From contig JBGQHJ010000042.1 in NCBI GenBank assembly GCA_041497895.1, forward strand, positions 1-31,476: a stretch of DNA of 31,476 nt, written 5' to 3'. This document shows, piece after piece, positions 16,050-24,522 of the stretch. The notes below the pieces were generated by a model, which was not told the DNA's origin, made no database searches, and worked only from the letters and a program-made list of their open reading frames with translations. The DNA is from Candidatus Methylomirabilia bacterium (GTDB lineage Bacteria; Methylomirabilota; Methylomirabilia; Rokubacteriales; CSP1-6). Positions within the stretch are counted from its first letter, which is position 1, and each line of letters opens with the position of its first letter. The translations under genes and the position numbers were made by a program.

Positions 16050-16898
16050 GTGAACGCCGGCCAGTTCGTCTCCCGCCTCACCCGCAAGAGCCGCTCGAAC
16101 TTCTTCTACGCGTTCCTCTGCCTGCCGCGCGCCCAGCGCGAGGCCATCTACGCCTGTTACGCCTTCTGCCGCATCGTGGACGACGCGGTGGACCTGGGCC
16201 AGGACCGGACCGCCCAGCGCGCGGAGCTCGCGCGCTGGCGCGAGGAGATCGCGCGGGTGTACGAGGGGCGCGCCGAGCATCCGGCCGGCCAGCGGCTGCA
16301 GGTGGCCCTGCGCCAGTTCCCGATCCCGCGCACCGCGCTCGAGGAGATCATCGCCGGGGTGGAGATGGACCTGGACCACCCGACCTACGAGACGTGGGAC
16401 GCGCTGTATCCGTACTGCTACCGCGTGGCCTCGGCGGTGGGTCTCTGCTGCATCGAGATCTTCGGCTACTCGGATCCCCGGACCCGCGAGTACGCGGTCA
16501 ACCTGGGCGTCGCACTGCAGCTGACCAACATCCTGCGCGACGTGCAGGTCGACGCCCGCGCCGGGCGCACCTACCTGCCGCAGGCCGACCTCCGGCGCTT
16601 CGGGGTCACCGCGGAGGACCTGGCCCACGGCCGCTACACGCCGCAGTTCGTCCAGCTCATGGCCTTCGAGGCCGGGCGCGCGCGCGACTACTACCAGCGC
16701 GCGTGGGCCGCGCTGCCTCCGGCCGACGCGCGGCGGCTCTTCGCGGCGGAGATCATGGGCCGTACCTACTTCGCGCTGCTCCGCGCGATCGAGGCCCGCC
16801 GCTTCGACGTCTTCAGCCGCCGCGTGACGCTGCCGGCCCCGCGCCGGGTCGCCATCGCGCTTCGCTGCTGGCTCGCCTCCCGCTGGGCCCGCGCGTGA
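16050..16898 (+). CDS. hpnD: Presqualene diphosphate synthase (squalene/phytoene synthase family)
   Basis: SRSNFFYAF, YAFCRIVDDAVD, YCYRVASAVG, LGVALQLTNILRDV..DA..GRTYLP. Confidence 0.88.
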   Translation: MNAGQFVSRLTRKSRSNFFYAFLCLPRAQREAIYACYAFCRIVDDAVDLGQDRTAQRAELARWREEIARVYEGRAEHPAGQRLQVALRQFPIPRTALEEIIAGVEMDLDHPTYETWDALYPYCYRVASAVGLCCIEIFGYSDPRTREYAVNLGVALQLTNILRDVQVDARAGRTYLPQADLRRFGVTAEDLAHGRYTPQFVQLMAFEAGRARDYYQRAWAALPPADARRLFAAEIMGRTYFALLRAIEARRFDVFSRRVTLPAPRRVAIALRCWLASRWARA

Positions 16899-17902
16899 AA
16901 GCCGCCGTCTGCGCCGGCGGTCTCATCGAGCTGCGCGAGTGGCCCGAGCCCGCGCCCGGCCCCGGGGAGCTCCTCCTGCGGATGCGCGGCTGCGGGCTCT
17001 GCGGCTCCGACATCGTCAAGGTCGCGGCAGCCGCGCCGGCGCCGGCGGTGCTGGGACACGAGGTGGTGGGCGACGTGGTCGCGGTGGGCGCCGGCGTCCG
17101 GCGCTTCGCGCCGGGCGACCGTCTCGTCGTGGCCCACCACGTCCCGTGCTTTGCCTGCCACTACTGCCGCCGCGGCAGCCCCTCGATGTGCCGGCACTTC
17201 AAGCGGATCAACCTGGACCCGGGCGGCTTCGCCGAGCTGGTGCGCGTGCCCGCGCCCAATGTCGAGCACGCCGCCTTCCGGCTGCCCGCGGCCATGGCCG
17301 ACGAGACCGCGTCGTTCACCGAGCCGCTGGCCTGCTGCCTGCGCGCGGTCAAGCGGACCGGCATCGCGGCCGGCGATACCGCGCTCGTGGTGGGGCTCGG
17401 GTCGATCGGCTGCCTGCTCGTCCAGCTCCTGGCCCTGGCCGGGGCCTCCGCGGTGCTGGCCGACGACGTGCTGCCCGCGCGCCGCGCGCTCGGCCGCCGC
17501 GCGGGCGCCCTCGTGCCCGACGACGCGGGCGCCCTCGACGCGGCGGTGGCCCGGGCCACCGACGGGCGCGGGGTCGACTGCGTGGTCATCACCGCGGGCG
17601 GGGCCGCCGTCCTGCCGGCGGCGGCCGCGCGCGTGCGCGACGGCGGCGCGCTGCACTACTTCGCGGGCGGCGGGGGCGAGAGCCTGCCGCTGCCGCTCGC
17701 CTCGCTCTACCATCGCGAGCTGACGGTCGGCGCGACCTACTCCTCGTCCCCGGCCGAGCTCGCGGAGGCGTTCGAGCTGCTGGCCCAGGGCCGTGTCCGC
17801 GTCGACGGGCTGATCAGCCACCGGCTGCCGCTCGGGCGGCTCGGCGAGGGGGTCGAGCTGATGCGGCGACACGAGGCGGTGAAGGTCTACGTCACCCCCT
17901 AG
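16895..17902 (+). CDS. Zn-dependent medium-chain dehydrogenase/reductase (sorbitol/threonine DH-like), copy 1
   Basis: GLCGSD, GHE, structural Zn site CFACHYC-x7-C, EPLAC, GLGSIG. GTG start overlaps the hpnD stop (GTGA). Confidence 0.9.
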   Translation: MKAAVCAGGLIELREWPEPAPGPGELLLRMRGCGLCGSDIVKVAAAAPAPAVLGHEVVGDVVAVGAGVRRFAPGDRLVVAHHVPCFACHYCRRGSPSMCRHFKRINLDPGGFAELVRVPAPNVEHAAFRLPAAMADETASFTEPLACCLRAVKRTGIAAGDTALVVGLGSIGCLLVQLLALAGASAVLADDVLPARRALGRRAGALVPDDAGALDAAVARATDGRGVDCVVITAGGAAVLPAAAARVRDGGALHYFAGGGGESLPLPLASLYHRELTVGATYSSSPAELAEAFELLAQGRVRVDGLISHRLPLGRLGEGVELMRRHEAVKVYVTP

Positions 17903-17918
17903 CGCGTCACCCGCCCGC

Positions 17919-18950
17919 ATGCGGGCGCAGGTGTTCCACGGCCCGGGCGCCCTCCGCCTCGAGCACATCCCGGTGCCCGAGCCCGGGCCCGGCGGCGTCG
18001 TGGTCCGGGTGGAGGCCGCGCTCACCTGCGGCACCGACGTGAAGACGCTCCGGCGCGGTCACCCGGTGATGATTCCCCACGTGCCCACCGTCTTCGGCCA
18101 CGAGCTGGCCGGCGTGGTGACCGAGGTCGACCGCGGCGTCGCGGGGATCCGGGAGGGAGACCGGGTCGTCGCCGCGAACTCGGCGCCGTGCGGGCAGTGC
18201 CGGCTCTGCCTGGCGGGCCGGCCCAATCTCTGCGAGGACCTGCTCTTCGTCAACGGCGCCTACGGCGAGCACATCGCGCTGCCGGCGCGGCTCGTCGCGC
18301 GGAACCTCGTGCGGATCGGCCCGGGGCTGGCCGCCGCGAGCGCGGCCTTCGCCGAGCCGCTCGCGTGCGCCCTGCTCGGCATCGAGCGGGGCCGGGTCGA
18401 GCCGGGCATGACGGTGGTGATCTTCGGGCACGGACCGCTCGGCTGCCTGCTCGCCCTGGCCGCCCGGCAGCGGGGAGCCCGGGTCGTGCTCGTGGGCAAG
18501 GCCGGGTGGCGGCTCGACCACGTGCGCGGCATGGGCCTGGGCGACTGCGTGGACGCGCTGGCGGTGGAGGACATGGCCGGGCATCTGCGGGGGCTGACCG
18601 GCGGGCGGGGGGCCGACGTGACGGTGGACGCGACCGGCCGGCCGGAGGTGTGGGAGCAGGCCATAGATGCGGTTGGGCGGGGAGGCACCGTGGTATTGTT
18701 TGGAGGTTGCGCCCCGGGCACCGCCGTGCGGGTGGACACCCGCCGGGCCCACTACGAGGAGCTCACGCTGGTGGGGGCCTTCCACCACACGCCGGGCCTC
18801 ATCCGCCGCGCGGTGGAGCTGCTCGAGTCCCGGGCCATCGACCCGGGGCCCCTCGTGACCCACCGCATGGGCCTGGCGCAAGTGAAAGAAGCACTGGCGA
18901 TGATGGAGCGCGGTGAGACCATGAAGGTGCTGGTGGACCCACAGCGATGA
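17919..18950 (+). CDS. Zn-dependent medium-chain dehydrogenase/reductase (sorbitol/threonine DH-like), copy 2
   Basis: LTCGTD, GHE, CGQCRLC-x7-C, EPLAC, GHGPLG. Confidence 0.9.
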   Translation: MRAQVFHGPGALRLEHIPVPEPGPGGVVVRVEAALTCGTDVKTLRRGHPVMIPHVPTVFGHELAGVVTEVDRGVAGIREGDRVVAANSAPCGQCRLCLAGRPNLCEDLLFVNGAYGEHIALPARLVARNLVRIGPGLAAASAAFAEPLACALLGIERGRVEPGMTVVIFGHGPLGCLLALAARQRGARVVLVGKAGWRLDHVRGMGLGDCVDALAVEDMAGHLRGLTGGRGADVTVDATGRPEVWEQAIDAVGRGGTVVLFGGCAPGTAVRVDTRRAHYEELTLVGAFHHTPGLIRRAVELLESRAIDPGPLVTHRMGLAQVKEALAMMERGETMKVLVDPQR

Positions 18951-19567
18951 TCGGGACCGGACCGAAGCGAGGGCGGTGGCAGTGGGCGGCCGTGGCCGCC
19001 ATGGCGGTGCTGTCCCTGGCCCGCCCCGCCCCGGCCTACGATCCCGAGGCCACCTTCGCCCGGGGCACGACGATCTTCGGGCTGCAGGTCGGCGGTGGCG
19101 CCGCGAACAACGTCGAGGCCCACCGCGACGTGAGCGACATCTCGTTCATCACCGAGACCCCTCGCCTGTCGTACCTGTTCTTCTCGCCCTTCGGCTCGGG
19201 CCTGCTCCGGAGCGTGTTCGAGCCCGGCCTCGAGGGGTGGTTCCAGCAGTACCTCTCGCCCCACTCGGCCACCGCCCAGGGGCTCAAGGTGACCGGACGC
19301 TACCACTTCATCGGGCTCGGCCGCTTCGTCCCGTACCTCGAGGGCACCGCGGGGGCGGGGGGGACGAGCCTGCGGGTGTCCGAGATCGACTCGACGTTCA
19401 CGTTCGTGCTCGAGGCCGGGGCCGGCCTCTCCTACTTCGTCGCCGATTCCCTCGCGCTCAACGCGGGCTATCGATTCCAGCACATCTCGAACGGGCACAC
19501 CTGCGACCGCAACCGGGGCTTCAACTCGGACTCGGGAGTGGTCGGCGTCTCGTTCTACTTCAAGTGA
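18947..19567 (+). CDS. PagL-like (lipid A 3-O-deacylase / acyloxyacyl hydrolase) outer-membrane beta-barrel
   Basis: Signal peptide, amphipathic strands, [19 protein letters not shown] (His-x-Ser), NRGFNS, C-terminal VSFYFK. Confidence 0.78.
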   Translation: MIGTGPKRGRWQWAAVAAMAVLSLARPAPAYDPEATFARGTTIFGLQVGGGAANNVEAHRDVSDISFITETPRLSYLFFSPFGSGLLRSVFEPGLEGWFQQYLSPHSATAQGLKVTGRYHFIGLGRFVPYLEGTAGAGGTSLRVSEIDSTFTFVLEAGAGLSYFVADSLALNAGYRFQHISNGHTCDRNRGFNSDSGVVGVSFYFK

Positions 19568-19580
19568 GGTAACGGGCATC

Positions 19581-20582
19581 ATGACCACGCTTCCGCTGCA
19601 GCAGATCGTGCTCGCCGGCCCTCGCGGCTTCTGCGCCGGGGTCGACCGCGCGATCGACATCGTCGAGCTCGCCCTGCAGGTCTGTCCGCCCCCGGTGTAC
19701 GTGCGCAAGGAGATCGTGCACAACCGCCACGTGGTGGAGGCCCTGCGGGCCAAGGGCGCCCACTTCGTGGACGAGCTCGACGAGGTGCCGGACGACGCCA
19801 CCGTGATCTTCAGCGCCCACGGCATCTCGCCCGCGGTGCGCGCGGAGGCCCAGCGGCGGGGGCTGCGCGTGATCGACGCGACGTGCCCGCTCGTCACCAA
19901 GGTGCACCTGGAGGCGGTACGCTACGCGCGGGAGGGCTACTCGATCATCCTGGTCGGCCACGCCGACCACGACGAGGTCGTGGGCACCATGGGTGAGGCC
20001 CCGGACCGGATGTTCCTGATCGCCCATCCCGAGGACGTGGAGAAGCTCGCGGTGGCCGATCCGGACAAGGTGGCTTACCTCACCCAGACCACCCTCTCGG
20101 TGGACGACACCCGCGACTGCATCGAGGCACTGAGGCGCCGCTTCCCCAAGATCGTCGGGCCGGCGAAGGACGACATCTGCTACGCGACCCAGAACCGCCA
20201 GGCCGCGGTGAAGACGGTGGCGGGCGCGGTGGACGTGCTGCTCGTCATCGGCGCGGCCAACAGCTCCAACGCCAACCGGCTGGTCGAGGTCTCCACCGTG
20301 ATGGGGACGCCGTCCTACCTGATCAACGACAAGAACGACATCCGGCCGGAGTGGCTCGAGGGCGTGGGCCGGGTCGGGGTGACCGCGGGCGCCTCCACCC
20401 CGGAGCATCTGGTGACCGAGGTCGTCGAGGAGCTGCGCCGCAAGCACGGCTCCAGCGTCCAGGAGGTCCACGTGGTCGAGGAAGACGTCCGCTTCGGCCT
20501 GCCGCGCGAGCTCGAGGATATCGCCCGCGCCGCCGGCAAGACGCTGCCCCCGCGCGCCGGCGCGGTGGCGGTGAGCGGGTAG
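19581..20582 (+). CDS. ispH: 4-hydroxy-3-methylbut-2-enyl diphosphate reductase
   Basis: [49 protein letters not shown]. Confidence 0.97.
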   Translation: MTTLPLQQIVLAGPRGFCAGVDRAIDIVELALQVCPPPVYVRKEIVHNRHVVEALRAKGAHFVDELDEVPDDATVIFSAHGISPAVRAEAQRRGLRVIDATCPLVTKVHLEAVRYAREGYSIILVGHADHDEVVGTMGEAPDRMFLIAHPEDVEKLAVADPDKVAYLTQTTLSVDDTRDCIEALRRRFPKIVGPAKDDICYATQNRQAAVKTVAGAVDVLLVIGAANSSNANRLVEVSTVMGTPSYLINDKNDIRPEWLEGVGRVGVTAGASTPEHLVTEVVEELRRKHGSSVQEVHVVEEDVRFGLPRELEDIARAAGKTLPPRAGAVAVSG

Positions 20583-20585
20583 GCC

Positions 20586-21527
20586 GTGCGGCTCGTCACC
20601 TTCCGTCGGGGGCGGGGAGAGCCGAAGCCGGGCGCGCTCTGGCAGGAGCACGTGCTCGACCTGGGCGGCCTCGCGAAGGATCTGGCCGTGCAGCGGGGGA
20701 CGGTGCGTCGCGGGCGCGGCGGCTTTCCGCGCTCGATCCTCGAGATCGTGCAGGGCAGCGAGGCGGTGCGGGCCCTCGCGCGCGAGGCGGTGGAGCACGG
20801 GCAACGGCTCGTGGGCCAGACCGCGGCCGAGGAGCTGGCGCAGCGGCGGCTGGCCTACCCGCTCAAGCGGGTGCGCCTGCTCGCGCCGATCCCGTCCCCG
20901 AGCCGGAACATCTTCTGCCTCGGGCGCAACTACGCCGACCACGCGGCGGAGCGCGGGGCGGCGGCGCCGGAGCATCCGGTCTACTTCACCAAACCTGGCA
21001 CCGCGGTGGTGGGGCCGGGCGACGACGTGGTGCACCACGCGATCACCAAGGAGCTCGACTACGAGGTCGAGCTGACGGTGGTGATCGGCACCGGCGGACG
21101 CGACATCGCGCGGGCCGACGCCCTCAAGCACGTCTTCGGCTACACGATCATCAACGACGTGACCGCGCGCGATCTGCAGAAGCGGCACCAGCAGTGGTTC
21201 AAGGGCAAGTCGCTCGACACGTTCTGCCCGATGGGGCCGGTGCTGGTCACCGCCGACGAGCTGCCCGATCCGCAGGCCCTCGCGATCTCGCTCCGGGTCA
21301 ACGGCCAGCTCCGGCAGTCGAGCCACACCTCCAAGATGATCTTCCCGGTGGCCCAGTGCATCGAGGTGCTCTCCCAGGGGATGACGCTCCTGCCCGGCGA
21401 CATCATTGCCACCGGGACCCCCGAGGGCGTGGGCGCGGCCAGCGGCAACTTCCTCAAGGCCGGCGACCGGATCGAGGCCGAGGTGGAGCACATCGGCATC
21501 CTGGCGAGCAAGGTCGTCCGGCCCTAG
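20586..21527 (+). CDS. Fumarylacetoacetate hydrolase family protein
   Basis: CLGRNYADHAAE, DYEVEL, INDVTARDLQ, GKSLDTFCPMGP, GDIIATGTPEGVG. Confidence 0.93.
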   Translation: MRLVTFRRGRGEPKPGALWQEHVLDLGGLAKDLAVQRGTVRRGRGGFPRSILEIVQGSEAVRALAREAVEHGQRLVGQTAAEELAQRRLAYPLKRVRLLAPIPSPSRNIFCLGRNYADHAAERGAAAPEHPVYFTKPGTAVVGPGDDVVHHAITKELDYEVELTVVIGTGGRDIARADALKHVFGYTIINDVTARDLQKRHQQWFKGKSLDTFCPMGPVLVTADELPDPQALAISLRVNGQLRQSSHTSKMIFPVAQCIEVLSQGMTLLPGDIIATGTPEGVGAASGNFLKAGDRIEAEVEHIGILASKVVRP

Positions 21528-21548
21528 GGCCGGTGCGCCCGGCCGATC

Positions 21549-21827
21549 GTGACGCGGCGGATCGCCCTCGCGCTCCTGATGGGCCTGGCCCTCCTGCCCG
21601 CGGTCTCGGCCGCCGCCGACCTGCGCGGGCGCGTCACCCTCGCCGACGGCCGTCCGGCCGCCAACGAACCGATCATGCTGGGCAACCGCGCGGTCGGGCG
21701 CACCGACGTGGCCGGCGTCTTCGTGCTGAACCTGCCCGCCGGGGCCTACACCCTCACCATCAGGGGTCAGGCGGTCCCGGTCCAGGTCCTGCCCAACGGC
21801 AACCGGCACGACGTCCGCCTCAAGTAG
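21549..21827 (+). CDS. Small secreted protein, carboxypeptidase-regulatory-like beta-sandwich
   Basis: Signal peptide ending SAA, then LRGRVTLADGRP, TDVAGVF, LPAGAYTLTI. Confidence 0.7.
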   Translation: MTRRIALALLMGLALLPAVSAAADLRGRVTLADGRPAANEPIMLGNRAVGRTDVAGVFVLNLPAGAYTLTIRGQAVPVQVLPNGNRHDVRLK

Positions 21828-21837
21828 GGCCCGTCCG

Positions 21838-22941
21838 ATGGCCGACGAGACGCCGAGGAAGTCGCGCGACTGGTGGGAGCGGCTCGAGCTCGCGAGCAAG
21901 ATCATCGGCGGGGTCAGCGTGCCGATCGTCGGCCTCGCGCTCACCTACGCGCTCCAGCAGCAGACCCAGTCGAGCCAGCAGGCGCAGCTCTACGCCAACA
22001 TCACCACCGGACGGGAGAAGGCGGACAGCGACGTGCGCTCGCAGATGTTCAGCAAGCTGCTCGAGCGCTACCTGGTGCCCGGCGCCGGCAAGGAGACGGT
22101 GGAGGACTACCGCGACCGGGTGATGTTCCTCGATCTGCTCCGCTCCAACTTCGAGGAGTACTTCAACGCCCGCCCCCTCTTCAGTCGGCTCTACGAGCAG
22201 ATCCGGGACCAGGAGGCGCGGGCCGGGGCGAACCGCCCCGCGTGGGCCCAGCTCAAGCAGCAGCTCATCGAGGTGGCCAAGGACACGACGTCGCGCCAGA
22301 TCGCACGCCTGGTGCGCTCCGGGCACCTGACCGAGGACATCGTGGTCCCGGTGCGGGTGAGCCTCGACTCGGGGGACCCGGTGAGCCCGCGGGTCGCGCT
22401 GTACTCGGTGCGGGGCCTGCGCGGCCTCGACGGGGTGTTCAAGCTGAGCGAGGAGGACACCGGGGCCACCGACACCGAGCGCGATGCGGCGGCGGCCCGC
22501 GACGCCCAGCGCAACCGCTACTCGATCACCATCCGGGTCAAGGAGATGCTGGACAGCTCCGCCAAGGTCAGCGTGCTCCTCTACCGCGACGTGTACGACG
22601 GGGACGCGTTCAAGCCGGAGCGCTCGCTCCCCGACCTGCGCCCGATCGAGTTCGAGGTGTCGTACTTCTCCACGCCCTACATGGACAACACCCGCCTCTT
22701 CGACGGCAGCCGCTTCTCGGTGCTCTACGACGGCTGCATCGACCAGAAGGCCGCCGACCAGGTGTGCCGCTTCCCCCTCGCGCCGACCGCCCAGCCGATG
22801 GCCCAGTTCAAGGTGGTGGTCTTCGACGAGGCCTTCCTGAGCCAGCGCGACCGGCCCTACGTGGACCAGATCCTCGAGAAGATCGGCACCACCCCGGGCA
22901 AGAGCTCCGCCTTCCCGCTCGGCCGCTCCGCGCCCCGCTGA
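21838..22941 (+). CDS. Hypothetical membrane-anchored protein, 367 aa
   Basis: GC3-biased codons, one N-terminal hydrophobic segment, then helical and beta-rich regions. No family recognised. Confidence 0.8.
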   Translation: MADETPRKSRDWWERLELASKIIGGVSVPIVGLALTYALQQQTQSSQQAQLYANITTGREKADSDVRSQMFSKLLERYLVPGAGKETVEDYRDRVMFLDLLRSNFEEYFNARPLFSRLYEQIRDQEARAGANRPAWAQLKQQLIEVAKDTTSRQIARLVRSGHLTEDIVVPVRVSLDSGDPVSPRVALYSVRGLRGLDGVFKLSEEDTGATDTERDAAAARDAQRNRYSITIRVKEMLDSSAKVSVLLYRDVYDGDAFKPERSLPDLRPIEFEVSYFSTPYMDNTRLFDGSRFSVLYDGCIDQKAADQVCRFPLAPTAQPMAQFKVVVFDEAFLSQRDRPYVDQILEKIGTTPGKSSAFPLGRSAPR

Positions 22942-22971
22942 CCTGCGGCGCCCGCCCGAGCCCTTCCGCGA

Positions 22972-23000
22972 TTGCGGCCCGCCGGGCGCCGGGCTAGCAT
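22972..23000 (+). promoter_or_regulatory. Putative sigma70-type promoter for the amidohydrolase/UroD-family pair
   Basis: TTGCGG (22972-22977), 17 bp, TAGCAT (22995-23000). Confidence 0.45.
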
Positions 23001-23054
23001 GCCGGGGTCGGCGCGGGGCCGATCCGAGTCCCGCGCCGCCGAAAGGGCGACGGC

Positions 23055-24512
23055 ATGCGGACGGCCATCGAGGGCGGCTGGGTGGTGGCGTGGAACGGGC
23101 GCGGCCACGAGGTGCACGAGCAGGGGAGCGTCGTCTTCGAGGGCGACCGGGTCGTGCACGCGGGCGGGTCCTACGCGGGGCCGGTCGACGCGCGCATCGC
23201 GGCGCGGGGCAAGCTGGTCTCGCCCGGCTTCGTCAACACCCACGTCCACACCGCGGGAAACGGGGGCGACTACCTGCTGCTCGACATGGCCAAGAACGAC
23301 TACCGCACCGCCAACTACATGGCCTTCGCGGCGCCGCTCAAGGGCAAGATGACGCCGCCCTCCGCCGAGGCCACCGCGGCCATCCGGGCCTTCGTCTTCC
23401 TGCACGCGCTCAAGAACGGCACCACCACCACCATCGACGTGGGCGGCCTGCGCGGGGACTGGGAGGGCTACGCGCGCCTGGTGGACGACCTCGGGGTACG
23501 GGTCTACGGCGGGCCGCCGTTCCGCGACCGCGACACCTACATGGACGCGCAGGGGCGGCTCACCTACGAGGAGGACGCCGCGGTGGGCCGCGCCCGGCTG
23601 CAGGAGGCGGTGGACTTCGCGCGCAAGTTCGACGGGGCGGCCCAGGGCCGCCTGCGCGCGCTCTTCAACGCGGCCCAGGTCGAGACCTGCAGCGAGCCGC
23701 TCCTGCGGGCGGGCAAGGACGCGGCGCGCGCGATCGGCGCGCCCATCCACACCCACGCGGGCGGCAACCTCGTCGAGTTCCAGCGGATCATGGACGAGTA
23801 CCGCAAGACCCCGGTGCACTTCCTCGCCGACATCGGCTTCCTCGACGAGCGCACGCTCCTGGGTCACGTGGTGTTCACCACCGCGCACGACTGGACGCGC
23901 TACCCCTTCGGGGACGACCTGCGGCTGCTCGCCGAGCGAGGCGTCACCGTCGGCCACTGCCCGTACAAGTACGCGAAGATGGCGATGACGCTCCGCTCCT
24001 TCCAGCGCTACCTCGAGGCGGGGGTGACGCTCGCGATCGGCACCGACACCTTCCCGCTCGACATCGTGTCCGAGCTGCGTTGGGCCTCGATCCTGGCCAA
24101 GGTCACCGACGCCGACTACCAGGCGGGCCTCGCGCGGGACGTCTTCAACGCGGGGACGATCGGGGGCTGCCGCTTCATCGGCCGCGAGGACCTCGGGCGG
24201 CTCGCGCCGGGGACCAAGGCCGACATCCTGCTGATCAACCTCGATCACGCGGGCGGGCCGGTCTACGCGGACCCGATCAAGGCGCTGGTCGACTCCGCGT
24301 CGGGGCGCGACGTGGACACCGTGATCGTGGACGGCCGGGTGCTGGTGCAGGGCGGGCGCGCGACCCGCGTGGACGAGGACGCGGTGTACGCGAAGGCGCG
24401 CGAGGCCACCCAGCACTACTGGAGCCGGGTGCCGGCCTGGCGCTGGGACGGCGCCACCGTGGACCAGATCATCCCGCCCGCCTTCCCGATCCACCGGGTC
24501 GTCCGCTCGTGA
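23055..24512 (+). CDS. Metal-dependent amidohydrolase (Atz/Trz/SsnA-like)
   Basis: PGFVNTHVH, LKNGTTT, IHTH, LGHVV, IGTDT, GRLAPGTKADI, VDTVIVDGRV. Confidence 0.9.
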   Translation: MRTAIEGGWVVAWNGRGHEVHEQGSVVFEGDRVVHAGGSYAGPVDARIAARGKLVSPGFVNTHVHTAGNGGDYLLLDMAKNDYRTANYMAFAAPLKGKMTPPSAEATAAIRAFVFLHALKNGTTTTIDVGGLRGDWEGYARLVDDLGVRVYGGPPFRDRDTYMDAQGRLTYEEDAAVGRARLQEAVDFARKFDGAAQGRLRALFNAAQVETCSEPLLRAGKDAARAIGAPIHTHAGGNLVEFQRIMDEYRKTPVHFLADIGFLDERTLLGHVVFTTAHDWTRYPFGDDLRLLAERGVTVGHCPYKYAKMAMTLRSFQRYLEAGVTLAIGTDTFPLDIVSELRWASILAKVTDADYQAGLARDVFNAGTIGGCRFIGREDLGRLAPGTKADILLINLDHAGGPVYADPIKALVDSASGRDVDTVIVDGRVLVQGGRATRVDEDAVYAKAREATQHYWSRVPAWRWDGATVDQIIPPAFPIHRVVRS

Positions 24513-24522
24513 GGCGTCCGCG

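Noticed and set aside
11961..16898. Carotenoid cluster (CruF-like gene plus phytoene-synthase-family gene)
   Set aside because: No desaturase or cyclase is present, and the neighbours are hpnH, hpnG and hpnA.
4790..17902. Long N-terminal extensions in the track for the flippase (from 6730), mlaD (10433), mlaF (11898) and the first MDR (16394)
   Set aside because: Family similarity begins only at starts that overlap the upstream stop or follow an SD; the extensions lie inside the neighbouring genes.
19581..20582. ispH inside a hopanoid cluster as a novelty
   Set aside because: This association is common and reflects precursor supply.
23001..23054. Riboswitch in the amidohydrolase leader (hairpin 23009-23038)
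   Set aside because: The leader is short, no aptamer consensus was recognised, and a 9-11 bp GC stem is unremarkable at this composition.
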